Assembly: GCA_030390025.1 (NCBI GenBank)
Contig: JASTWF010000335.1
Span: 186,001 to 250,000, forward strand
From: Squalus acanthias
Taxonomy: Eukaryota
DNA length: 64,000 nucleotides
Reading direction: 5' to 3'
Shown here: positions 49,501 to 61,136 of the stretch, one piece after another
How positions within the stretch are numbered: position 1 is the stretch's first letter
Layout of the letters: the number at the start of each line of letters is the position of its first letter
Translations under genes and position numbers: made by a program
The notes under the pieces: model-generated
What the model was told of the DNA's origin: nothing
Databases searched by the model: none
The model's input: only the letters and a program-made list of their open reading frames with translations

Positions 49501-50950
49501 TAGAATAAGGGGCTGCTCTTTCAAAACTGAGATGAGGAGAAACTTCTTCACTCAGAGGGTAGTAGGTCTGTGGAATTTGCTGCCCCAGGAAGCTGTGGAA
49601 GCTACATCATTAAATAGATTTAAAACAGAAATAGATAGTTTCCTAGAGGTAAAGGGAATTAGGGGTTACGGTGAGCGGGCAGGAAATTGGACATGAGGCT
49701 GAGTTCAGATCGGTCAGGGCCCTGTGGGTGGCAGAGCGGGCCAAGGGACGGAGTGGCCAGGTCCTGCTCCTACTTCTTGTGTTCTTTAGATTTGAGGTTA
49801 GGATCAGAGCAGCCATGATCTTACTGAATGGCGGAGCAGGCTCGAGGGGCCGATTGGCCTACTCCTGCTCCTATTTCTTATGTTCTTATGTCCTCCCAAT
49901 CTCTGTAACCTCCTTCAGCCCCACAACCATCCCAATCTCTGTAACCTCCTCCAGCCCCTACAACCCTCCCAATCTCTGTAACCTCCTCCAGCCCTACAAA
50001 CCTCCCTATCTCTGTAACCTCCTCCAGCCCCTACAACCCTCCCTATCTCTGTAACCTCCTCCAGCCCTACAAACCTCCCTATCTCTGTAACCTCCTCCAG
50101 CCCCTACAACCCTCCCTATCTCTGTAACCACTTCCAGCCCCTACAACCCTCCCTATCTCTGTAACATCCTCCAGCCCCTACAACCCTCCCTATCTCTGTA
50201 ACCTCCTCCAGCCCCTACAACCCTCCCTATCTCTGTAACCTCCTCCAGCCCCTACAACCCTCCCTATCTCTGTAACCTCCTCCAGCCCCTACAACCCTCC
50301 CTATCTCTGTCACCTCCTCCAGTCCCTACAACCCTCCCTATCTCTGTAACCTCCTCCAGCCCCTACAACCCTCCCTATCTCTGTAACCTCCTCCAGCCCC
50401 TACAACCCTCCCTATCTCTGTAACCTCCTCCAGCCCCACAACCCTCCCTATCTCTGTAACCTCCTCCAGCCCCTACAACCCTCCCTATCTCTGTAACCTC
50501 CTCCAGCCCTACAACCTACCCTATCTCTGTAAACTCCTCCAGCCTTACAACCCTCCCTATCTCTGTAACCTCCTTCAGCCATACAACCTTCCCTATCCCT
50601 GTAACCTCCTCCAGCCCCTACAACCCTCCCTATCTCTGTAACCTCCTCCAGCCCTACAACTCTCCCTATCTCTGTAACCTCCTCCAGCCCTACAACCCTA
50701 TCTCTGTAACCTCCTCCAGCCCTACAACCCTCCCCATCTCTGTAACCTCCTCCAGCCCTACAATCCTTCCTATCTCTGTAACCTCCTCCAGCCCTACAAC
50801 CCTCCCTATCTCTGTAACCTCCTCCGGCCCTACAACCCTCCCTATCTCTGTAACCTCCTCCAGCCCGACAACTCTCCCTATCTCTGCGACGTCCTCCAAC
50901 CCTCCCAATCTCTGTAACCGCCTCCAGCCCTACACCCCTCTGAGATCTCA
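46545..50950 (+). mobile_element. L2 fragment (46545-46745) continuing after a CR1 insertion as a 37-bp minisatellite (49890-50945)
   Basis: Frameshifted L2 ORF2-like sequence (aactctgctgcccc...atctacactggctcccag...aaatccctccatgg); array is the reverse complement of the 5020-5720 unit. Confidence 0.8.
46746..49890 (+). mobile_element. CR1 LINE, near-complete disrupted ORF2
   Basis: APE and RT motifs in ORFs 46763-49696; duplicated 3' UTR segment; tail. Confidence 0.95.
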
Positions 50951-50954
50951 CCTG

Positions 50955-51745
50955 CCCTTCTACCAAGAGTGGCCCTGGGATCTTTTATGTCCATATGAGG
51001 GGGGCAGACGGGGCCTCGGTTTAACGTCTCTTCCGAAAGCCGGCACCTCCGACAGTGCAGCGCTCCCTCAGTACTGTCCCTCCGACAGTGCAGCGCTCCC
51101 TCAGTACCGCCCCTCCGACAGTGCAGTGCTCCCTCAGTACTGCCCCTCCGACAGTGCAGCACTCCCTCAGTACTGCCCCTCCAACAGTGCAGCGCTCCCT
51201 CAGTACTGCCCCTCCGACAGTGCAGCGCTCCCTCAGTACTGCCCCTCCGACAATGCAGCACTCCCTCAATACTGCCCCTCCGACAGTGCAGCGCTCCCTC
51301 AGTACTGTCCCTCCGATAGTGCAGCGCTCCCTCAGTACTGCCCCTCTGACGGTGCAGCGCTCCCTCAGTACTGCCCCTCTGACGGTACAGCACTCCCTCA
51401 GTACTGCCCCTCCAACAGTGCAGCGCTCCCTCAGTACTGCCCCTCTGACAGTGCAGCGCTCCCTCAGTACTGCCCCTCCGACAGTGCAGCACTCCTCAGT
51501 ACTGCCCCTCCGACAGTGCAGCGCTCCCTCAGTACTGCCCCTCTGACGGTGCAGCGCTCCCTCAGTACTGCCTCTCTGACGGTGCAGCGCTCCCTCAGTA
51601 CTGCCCCTCCGACAGTGCAGCGCTCCCTCAGTACTGGCAACCGGGGAGTGTGTCTGGGATTATGGGGCTCGAGTCTCTGAAGTGTGGGGGGCTTGAACCC
51701 ACGACCTTCTGACTCAGCGGCGAGTGGGCTACACACGGAGCCAGT
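50955..51745 (-). mobile_element. DeuSINE-like SINE fragment with 33-bp array (51048-51636)
   Basis: SINE head and body flank the array. Confidence 0.85.
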
Positions 51746-51883
51746 GCTGCTACCGTAAACGCACCAGCAGAAAATGAGATGGCTTTATTTTCTCGATAAT
51801 TTGACGTCGCGCCCGAGACGTGTGCCATTCGCCAGGATTGCCCGACAACCTGAACGCTAATTTGCACAACCATTGGAACCAAC

Positions 51884-51997
51884 CATAACTCCTGTCCACC
51901 AGGGGGTGGCGGTCCTGACAGCGGACGAATACGGCACGGCGACAGCCAGGGCAACCCCTCCGGTCACTTGGACTATTCCCAGCAGGATCTGCATGAC
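51884..51997 (-). CDS. MS4A-like exon, TM1 to start of TM2 (VMQILLGIVQVTGGVALAVAVPYSSAVRTATPWWTGVM)
   Basis: Acceptor ctctgttcgcag, donor GTTGGT, 114 nt, phase 0/0. QILLG..PWWTG matches the MS4A motifs QIMIG..YPFWGG. Confidence 0.88.
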
Positions 51998-52143
51998 CTG
52001 CGAACAGAGGGAGATTGACGCTGGAATCAACTGCGGCGGACAATCGCTTTCAAACCCGCGGCTCGTAAAACTGCGAGGGCTTTTCGATGGGACTCAATGA
52101 GGTAGAAAACTGTTTCCGCTGGCGGGAGGAGTCGGTAAGCAGA

Positions 52144-52509
52144 GAACATGAGAAATAGGAGCAGGAGTCGGCCATTTGGCCCCTTCGAGCCTGCTCCGCC
52201 ATTCAACAAGATCATGGCTGATCTTCTACCTCAATTCCACTTTCCTGCACTATCCCCATATCCTTTAATTCCCTTCGTTCCCAAATATTTATCGGCCTCT
52301 GTCCTGAATGTACTCAACGACTGGGCATCCACAGCCCTCTGGGGCAGAAAATTCCAAAGATTCACAACCATTTGAGTGAAGAAACTTCTCGTCATCTCAG
52401 TCCTCAACGGCCGACCCTTTATTCTGAGACTGTGCCCCCTGTTCTAGATTCCCAGCCAGGGGAAACATTTTCTCAGCATTAACACTGTCAAGCCCCTTAA
52501 GAATTTTAC
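52144..52509 (-). mobile_element. CR1 3' end; probably resumes at about 55877-56058
   Basis: Colinear with the CR1 at 8337-9140, with a piece missing at the palindrome site. Confidence 0.75.
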
Positions 52510-52641
52510 AGGCTAGAATATCGGTACCTTAGCGCCTCCTATTAGCGCCCGGGCGGGGCACTCACGGGGCGCTAATGGCTTATCGCCCGGGCGCGCCGCC
52601 CGCGATATTCAGTCAGCATTTAGCACCGGCGCAAACACTTA

Positions 52642-52886
52642 GGGCTGGATTTTGATACTGGGGCGGGTTGGGGTCGTGTTATCCACCCGACTGCAATTTG
52701 ATGTGGGAGACTGATGCAATTTTCACCTAATTGGGCAATTGAGTTCCAGCATGTGGGAACCCATCAACCAATTAGTGGTTTCAGTCTGAAAGTCACCTCT
52801 GATGATGTCATCATTGCTGCTGCATTGCAGGTCAGAGACTGCCTGGCCTTTGCTGTGAGAGGACCTGGATGCAAAATGAGCAGCAG

Positions 52887-52921
<35 letters not shown>

Positions 52922-53380
52922 TTTTTTGCATCCAGGTCCTCTCACAGCAAAGGCCAGGCAGTCTCTGAAGACATTCAATGCAGCAGCATCAGAGGCGACT
53001 TTCAGACCTAATAATACTACTACCTTCATCACATCTCCGTTGTAATAGTGGACCTGCAGCTGATAGTCAGCTATCCACTTGTGCTCCCGCCAGGTTTCAC
53101 TGGCGTGTTTCACATCAGGCGTGCTTCACGTCAGAAAAGGGTTAAACTAGCTAAAACATTTCAAAATGGCATTACAGAGCCAATTTAGGGCTTGTTAAGG
53201 GCTTTAATGGCCTCTCGCGCCTCTTGGAGGCGGGACGGAGTCGGGAACCCCGCACACGATTTTATCAAAATTGCGTGGAGGCGGAATGGAGGCGGGATCA
53301 GGCCCGCCCGCCACTTTTCGCAATTTTAACCCCCCACACGCCTCCAAACCTGCCTCCACGGCCCTATGAAAATCCAGCCC
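52642..53380 (+). mobile_element. Harbinger-type MITE copy 3
   Basis: Perfect TTA TSD and 12-bp TIR. Confidence 0.9.
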
Positions 53381-54382
53381 TTAGCGTCTGGCCCTCTAGT
53401 GCCGCTCAGACCGTGACGTCAATGAGCGTGCAACGCCCCAGATACGAAATTCAGTCGCTTCCCCTGACTTGCTGCCTGGCGCTGATCACAACAGAAACAG
53501 CAGGCGTTGATACCTGGGATTGTCGCTCCCGGGGCGCTATTTAAAGGGAATCAGCTGCCGGGTCATTGGGAGGCCAGATTCATTGCTGGCTTGTCAAGAA
53601 AGCGTTTTGGCTGCGTTCACATTTCCTCCATCTTTGCTTTGTTGCTGCTCGAACAGTTTCTTCACTTGTATTGCTCTGAACATTTCCACCTGCTCTTTTC
53701 TCTCATTTATGGGGGGGCTTGTGCTGGCACTCCACCTTGCCCTCCGACCACTCCGTCGGAGGCAGCGGCTGCAGAGACAGAGATTGCCAAATGTGGCCAG
53801 AGGGAGGAGGAGGAGGAGGGCCGACAGACCTCGCAACAGGAGGCCTTACCCTCCCAGGGTATTCCGGGAGCCCTTCTCCTACATTCATCTCTCAGAGGAG
53901 CAGTGCAGAGAGCGTCTGTTACCTCCTGGAGGCAGCAATGGACAGCGAACTGGGAAATGTTTGCAATATCCCCTGGAAGGAGCGGCTAACGTAGAATATG
54001 AGAGCCACTGTGACCTTAACTGCCACAGAGAGAGACGTCCTGGTCCTGAGCTGAGGTCTGGCTGCTGGAGGTGGCAGAGCTCTGCGACCACCTCCTTGCT
54101 GAAGCGGAGCCTTCTAAGGCACTGCTCCTCTGAGAGATGAATGTAGGAGAAGGGCTCCCGGAATACCCTGGGAGGGTAAGGCCTCCTGTTGCGAGGTCTG
54201 TCGGCCCTCCTCCTCCTCCTCCCTCTGGCCACATTTGGCAATCTCTGTCTCTGCACCCGCTGCCTGCGACGGAGTGGCCGGAGGGCAAGGTGGAGTGCCA
54301 GCACAAGCCCCCCATAAATGAGAGAAAAGAGCAGGTGGAAATGTTCAGAGCAATACAAGTGAAGAAACTGTTAGAGCAGCAA

Positions 54383-54896
54383 CTGTACAGGGCGCTGGTG
54401 AGACCGCACCTGGAGTACTGCGTACAGTTGTGGTCCAGATGAAGGGGTTGTCTTATGAGGAAAGGTTGAGCAGGTTGGGCCTATACTCAGTGGCGTTTAG
54501 AAGAATGAGAGGTGATCTTATCGAAACATGTAAGATTCAGAGGGGGATTGACAGGGTAGATGCTGAGAGGATGTTTCCCCTAGTGGGGGTATCTAGAACT
54601 AGGGGGCATAGTTTCAGAATAAGGGGTCGCCCATTTAAGACGGAGATGAGGAGGAATTTCCTCTCTCAGAGGGTCGTGAATCTTTGGAATTCTCTACCCC
54701 GGAAAGCTGTGGAGGCTGAGTCACTGAATATATTCAAGATGGTGATTGACAGACATTTGAACTACAACGGAGTCAAGGGTTATGGGGAGAGAGCGGGAAA
54801 GTGGTGTTGAGGCCAAGATTGGATCAGCCATGATCTCATTGAATGGCGGAGCAGGGCTCGAGGGGCCGACTGGCCTACTCCTGTTTCTTATGTTCT
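54383..54896 (+). mobile_element. 5'-truncated CR1 in the right palindrome arm
   Basis: ORF 54430-54810 and tail. Confidence 0.88.
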
Positions 54897-55241
54897 GAAG
54901 CAAAGATGGAGAAAATGCCAATGCAGCCAAAACGCTATCTGACAAGCCAGCAATGAATCTGACCGCCCAATGGCCTGATAGCTGATCCCTTTAAATAGCG
55001 CCCGGGAGCGGCAATCCCATCTATCAACGCCTGCTATTTCTGTTGTGATCAGCGGCAGGTGGTAAGTCGGGGGAAGCGACTGAATTTTGCATCCGGGGCG
55101 TTGCACGCTAAATGGCGCTAAATGCCGACTGAATTTTGCAGGCGCCGTTCAAATCGGCGCACCCGGGCGATAAGCCATTAGCGCCCCGCCAGCGCTAACA
55201 GGCGGCGCTAAGGTACCGAATTTCTTGCCCCTTTACTCATT

Positions 55242-55876
55242 GGGCTGGATTTTGATACTGGGGCGGGTTGGGGTCGTGTTATCCACCCGCCTGCAATTGG
55301 ATGTGGGAGACTGATGCGAATTTCACCTAATTGGGCAATTGAGTTCCAGCATGTGGGAACCCATGACCCAATTAGTGTTTTCAGTCTGAAAGTCGCCTCT
55401 GATGATGTCATCATTGCTGCTGCATTGAAGGTCTTCAGAGACTGCCTGGCCTTTGCTGTGAGAGGACCTGCAAAATGAGCAGCAGCAGCGCTAAGTCTAC
55501 GCCCAGATATTTTTCCTCCTACTACTACTACTCTCTTGTAATAGTGGACCTGCAGCTGATAGTCAGCTATCCAAATGTGCTCCCGCCAGGTTTCACAATC
55601 GTGTTTCAGAACAGGCGTGCTTCACGTAGAACAAGGGTTAAAATCACAAAGGCCTTTCAAAATGGCATTATAGAGCCAATTTAGTGCTTGTTAAGGGCCT
55701 TAACAGCCTATCCCGCCTCTTAAAGGCGGGACGGAGTCGGGACCAGCAGACACGATTTCATGAAAATTGCGTGGAGGCGGGATGGAGGCGGACTTGTGCC
55801 CGCCCGCCAGTTTTCGCAATTTTAACCCCCCACACGCCTCCAAACCCACCTCCACGGGTCAATGAAAATCCAGCCC
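55242..55876 (+). mobile_element. Harbinger-type MITE copy 4
   Basis: Same TIRs; TSD not clean (ATT/TTA). Confidence 0.85.
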
Positions 55877-56067
55877 TTATACTCTAATTCCTTTGTAACA
55901 AAGGCCAACATACCATTTGCTTTCCTAATTGCTTGCTGTACCTGCAGGTTAAATTTCTGTGATTCATGTACAAGGACATTTCCCAGTCTCTCACCATTCA
56001 AAAAATATTCTGCTCTTTTTTGTGTTTCCTACCAAAGTGGGTAACCTCACATTTCCCCAGGACAACA

Positions 56068-57112
56068 GATTCAAGGGGGTTGGAGTATAAAAGCAGGGAA
56101 GTCCTGCTACAACTGTACAGGGTATTGGTGAGACCACACCTTGAGTACTGTGTACAGTTTTGGTCTCCTTATTTAAGGAAGGATATACTTGCATTGGAGG
56201 CAGTTCAGAGACGATTCACTCGGTTAATTCCGGAGATGAGGGGGTTGACTTATGAGGAAAGGTTGAGCAGGCTGGGCCTATACTCATTGGAGTTTAGAAG
56301 AATGAGAGGCGATCTTATCGAAACATATAAGATACCGAGGGGGGCTCGACAAGGTAGCTGCAGAGAGGATGTTTCCCCTCATGGGGGAATCTAGAACTCG
56401 GTGGCACAGTTTCAGAATAAAGGGTCGCCCTTTTAGAACTGAGATGAGGAGGAATTTCTTCTCTCAGAGGGTCGTAAATCTGTGGAATTCTCTGCCCCAG
56501 AGAGCTGTGGAGGCTGGGTCATTAAATACATTTAAGGTGGAGATAGGCAGATTTTTGCAAGATAAGGGAGTGAAGGGTTATGGGGAGCGTGCTGGGAAGT
56601 GGCTTTGAGCCCCAAGATCAGCCCTGATCTTATTGAATGGCGGAGCAGGCTCGAGGGGCCAAGTGGCCTATTCCTGCTCCTATTTCTGATGTAAGACAAT
56701 CGGTAACAGGAACCAGAGGGGAATTTTTTTTTTTTTACGCAGCGATTTGTTGTGATCTGGAATGCGCTGCCTGAAAGTGGGGTGGAAGCAGATTCAATAG
56801 GAACTTTCAAATAGAGAATTGGATAAATACTTGTAAATGGAGAAATTTGCAGGGCTATGGGGAAAGAGCAGGGGTGGGGGGGGGAGTGGGACTAATTCGA
56901 CAGCTCTTTCAAACAGCCGGCACAGGCACGATGGGCCGAATGGCCTCCTTCTGTGCTGTCTCATTCTAGACACAAAAGGCATCAAGGGGTCTGGGGAGAG
57001 AGCGGGAATATGGTATTGAGATAGAGGATCAGCCACGATCATACTGAATGGCGCAGCAGGCTCCAAGGGCCGAATGGCCTACTCCTGCTCCTATTTTTCT
57101 ATGTTTCTATAG
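56068..57112 (+). mobile_element. Three stacked CR1 3' fragments
   Basis: Repeated CR1 3' ends at about 56690, 56960 and 57110. Confidence 0.85.
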
Positions 57113-58029
57113 GTGGGCAAAGGGCATTTGGGGGTGTTGCGGAAACGAGGCCCTGCCCCTGTGGTGAGGCTCCCCCCAGGCCGCATCCCTGTGGTGAGGC
57201 CCCGCCCCTTTGCGAGACTCAGCCTCTTGTCACGAGGCCCTGCCCCGTGTCGCTAGGCCCTGCCCCGTGTCGCTAGGCCCCGCCCCTTTGCGAGACTCAG
57301 CCCCTTGTCACGGGGCCCCACCCCCTGCCACGAGGCCCCCTCCCCTTGCCTCGAGGCCCCGCCCCTGTGGTGAGGCTCCCCCCCTTTGCAAGACTCAGCC
57401 TCTTGTCACGAGGCCCCACCCCCTGCCACGAGGCCCCTCCCCTTGCCTCAAGGCCCCGCCCCTCTCACCTGAACCCCCCCTCCCTCCCATGGCTTGTGCT
57501 GGATTGGCTGATCTCGGTTTGAGGAGGTGAGGAGTCGGCCAGGGCTCCCACTCTTACAGTGGGGGGCGATTGTAACCTAACTGAACCATCTGATCGCAAT
57601 GACCGAGAGCAGGGCCGGGGGTGGAAAAGTCAGAGCCGTGGACCATCAGGTCAGTCTCCCCGACAGGCAGGTTAGGTTGGAATTGAACCGCCTCCATCAC
57701 CGGGTCCTTTCTACGCTGGAGTGTGTGGAACTGAAATATGGATCAAGGAATCGAGGGGTATGGGGAGAGGGTGGGAAAGTGGAGTCGAGGTGGAAGATCA
57801 GCCGTGATCTTGTTGAATGGCGGAGCAGGCTCGAGGGGCCGAATGGCCGACTCTTGCTCCTATTTCTGATCAGTTCTGAAACTCCAGCCCACTTCTTGAT
57901 TCAGCTCAGAGGCAGGCCCCCAGATTTCAGTGTAAGATGTAAGTGAGATTATATCACACTCGGACACAGAAGGACAATATAAAAGGAGGAACTCCCATGT
58001 CTACAGCACCTTGCTACAGGAGGTCCCAT

Positions 58030-59130
58030 AGAGCTTCACAGAAATGTGCTCACTGTTGTAATGTAGGAAAAACGTGGCAGACAATTTGCACACAGCAAGC
58101 TCCCACAAATAGCAACGTGATCAATGACCAGATCATCTGTTTTCTTTTAGTGATGATGGTTGAGGGATAAATATCGGCCCCAGGACGCCGGGGAGAACTC
58201 CTCTCTGCTCTTCTTCCAATCATGGCCGTGGAATTTTTACGTCCACCTGAGAGGGCAGACGGGCCCTTGGTTTAAAGTCTCACCAGAAAAACAATAACTC
58301 CGACAGTGCAGCGCTCCCTCAGTACTGCCCCTCCGACAGTGCAGCGCTCCCTCGTACTGACCCTCTGACAGTGCAGCGCTCCCTCAGTACTGACCCTCTG
58401 ACAGTGCAGCGCTCCCTCAGTACTGACCCTCTGACAGTGCAGCGCTCCCTCAGTACTGCCCCTCCGACAGTGCAGCGCCCCCTCAGTACTGCCCCTCCGA
58501 CAGTGCAGCGCCCCCTCAGTACTGCCCCTCCGACAGTGCAGCGCCCCCTCAGTACTGCCCCTCCGACAGTGCAGCGCCCCCTCAGTACTAACCCTCCGAC
58601 AGTGCGGCACTCCCTCAGTACCGACCCTCCGACAGTGCAGCTCTCCCTCAGTACCGACCCTCCGACAGTGCTGCGCTCCCTCAGTACCGCCCCTCCGACA
58701 GTGCAGCGCTCCCTCAGTACCGCCCCTCCGACAGTGCAGCGCTCCCTCAGTACTGCCCCTCCGACAGTGCAGCGCTCCCTCAGTACTGCCCCTCCGACAG
58801 TGCAGTGCTCCCTCAGTACTGCCCCTCCGACAGTGCAGCGCTCCCTCAGTACTGCCCCTCCGACAGTGCGGCGCTCCCTCAGTACTGCCCCTCCGACAGT
58901 GCGGCGCTCCCTCAGTACTGCCCCTCCGACAGTGCAGTGCTCCCTCAGTACTGCCCCTCCGACAGTGCTGCGCTCCCTCAGTACTGCCCCTCCGACAGTG
59001 CAGGCGCTCCCTCAGTACTGGGTAACAGGGGAGTGCGTCGGCCTGGATTACAGGGCTCGAGTCACAGGAGTGTGGGAGGCTCAGACCCACGGCCTTCTGA
59101 CTCGGAGAGAGGGAGACCGACTGCGGACGA
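58030..59130 (-). mobile_element. DeuSINE-like SINE with 33-bp array (58298-59020)
   Basis: Deu-like core at about 58045-58270; head at about 59025-59130. Confidence 0.85.
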
Positions 59131-59426
59131 AAGAGGGGCCTGTCGCCCAAATATCTCGCGGAGCCCTTCGGCAAACCTGGCTGAAATGGTGCCGGCGAAG
59201 CGAAGCCGTTAGCGAGCCAACACTTGGCGCGCTCGGCGTGGGATAGCGGGCGGGGCGAGGGGCTGTCTCTATTAACGCCCCCCGCTGAGAGGGCGGGCGG
59301 CGCGACCAGCTCTAGAGGCCAGCGAGGTTCCTGCCGGGGCTAAGCCAGCGCCCTGCGCAGCGGGCAGTATCGAGGCTGGCCCTGCCATTGTGCCAAAGTG
59401 ACGGGGAAGCGCAATGTGGTCCTTAC

Positions 59427-59522
59427 TCCAAAGAATTTCACGTGTTTGTGGAGAAATCCGTCCTCCGTCAAGCGCAGAGCGTTCCTTTCAGCCGTGCTGG
59501 GTGTGGGAGTCGCGTCCGTCAT
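59427..59522 (-). CDS. MS4A/CD20-like gene, first recognisable coding exon (MTDATPTPSTAERNALRLTEDGFLHKHVKFFG)
   Basis: Strong pyrimidine-rich acceptor ...ttccttctctgttgcag precedes exon start 59526; ATG at 59522-59520; donor GTAAGG after 59427; 96 nt, phase 0. FLHKHVKFFG matches the MS4A pre-TM1 motif FLKGEPKALG. A further 5' exon lies upstream and was not identified. Confidence 0.8.
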
Positions 59523-59554
59523 ATCACTGCAACAGAGAAGGAAAGAAATAAAGA

Positions 59555-60440
59555 AGGAAAATACGTGCATTTATATAGCGCCTTTCACGACCACCGGACG
59601 TCTCACAGCGCTTCACAGCCAATGAAGTACTTTTGGAGTGGAGTCACTGTTGTAATGTAGGAATCGCGGCAGCCAATCTGCGCACAGCAAGCTCCCACAA
59701 ACAGCAATGTCGTCGCGACCAGATAATGTGTTTCAGTTGATTGAGGGATAAATATTGCCCAGGACACTGGGGAGAACTCCCCTCCCCTGCTCTTTTTCAA
59801 AATAGTGGTCGTGGGATCTTTTACATCGACCTGAGAGGGCAGACGGGGCTCAGTTTAATGTCTCATCCGAAAGACGGCACCTCCGACAGGGCGGCGCTCC
59901 CTCAGTACTGTCCCTCCGACAGTGCGGCGCTCCCTCAGTACTGCCCCTCCGACAGTGCGGTGCTCCCTCAGTACTGCCCCAGCTGCGCTCCCTCAGTACT
60001 GCCCCTCCGACAGTGCGGCGCTCCCTCAGTACTGACCCTCCGACAGTGCTGCGCTCCCTCAGTACTGCCCCTCCGACAGTGCGGCGCTCCCTCAGTACTG
60101 CCCCTCCGACAGTGCAGCGCTCCCTCAGTACTGTCCCTCTGACAGTGCAGCGCTCCCTCAGTACTGCCCCTCCGACAGTGCAGCGCTCCCTCAGTACCGC
60201 CCCTCCGACAGTGCAGCGCTCCCTCAGTACTGCCCCTCCGACAGTGCAGCGCTCCTTCAGTACTGCCCCTCTGACAGTGCAGCGCTCCCTCAGTACTGCC
60301 CCTCCGACAGTGCAGCGCTCCCTCAGCACTGTCCCTCCGACAGTGCAGCACTCTCTCAGTACTGCACCTCCGACAGTGCAGCGGAGGCTCCCTCAGTACT
60401 GCCCCTCTGACAGTGCAGCGCTCCCTCAGTACTCCCTCAG
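59555..60440 (-). mobile_element. DeuSINE-like SINE tail and core with 33-bp array (59880-60435)
   Basis: Tail gcatttatatagcgcctttcacg; complete core. Confidence 0.87.
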
Positions 60441-61136
60441 GAATGAGTGACCACCAGACAGAGGAGGAGGACCAGGCAGGTAGGGCAGGAATCCCCAGAG
60501 TGCTCCTCTGGGGAGTGCAGCCAGAGCCAAGGCCACGGCACCACGGGTGGCTCAGCTGCACAGGGCGGGGGGAGGAAGAAGTGTGGAAGAGCAATAGTGA
60601 TAGGGGATTCATTAGTTAGGGGAACAGATAGGTGTTTCTGTGGACGCAGACGTGAATCCAGGATGATATGTTGCCTCCCTGGTGCCAGGGTCAAGGATGT
60701 CACTGAGCGGCTGCAGGACACTCTGAGGGCGGAGGGTGAACAGCCAGAGGTCATTGTTTATATCGGTACCAATGACATAGGCAGAAAGAGGGATGAGATC
60801 CTGCAGGCAGAATTTAGGGAGCTAGGAAGAGATTAAAAAGCAGGACCTCAAAGGCAGTAATCTCCGGATTACTCCCGGTGCCACGTGCTAGTGAGTACAG
60901 GAATAGGAGGATAGAACAGATGAATGCGTGGCTGGAGAGATGGTGCAGGAGGGAGGGCTTTAGATTCCTGAGGCATTGGGACCGTTTCTGGGGAATGTGG
61001 GACCTGTACAAGCCAGACAGGTTACACCTCAACAGAGCCGGGATCAATATTCTTGCGAGGAGGTTTGCTAGTGCTGTTGGAGGGTTTAAACTAGCTTGGC
61101 AGGGGGATGGGCACCAGCATATAGAGCATAAAAGAG

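Larger units (their letters stand above)
52510..55230. mobile_element. Palindromic PIF/Harbinger derivative: two convergent left ends with transposase 5' fragments
   Basis: Termini AGGCTAGAATATCGGTACCTTAGCGCC / GGCGCTAAGGTACCGAATTTCTTGCCC; peptides RVFREPFSYIHLSEEQCLRRLRFSKE, VAVKVTVALIFYVSRSFQ and ISQFAVHCCLQEVTDAL resemble the Harbinger/HARBI1 N-terminus. Confidence 0.82.

Noticed and set aside
53520..54358. Domesticated HARBI1 host gene
   Set aside because: Only frameshifted N-terminal fragments with no DDE domain, embedded between transposon ends.
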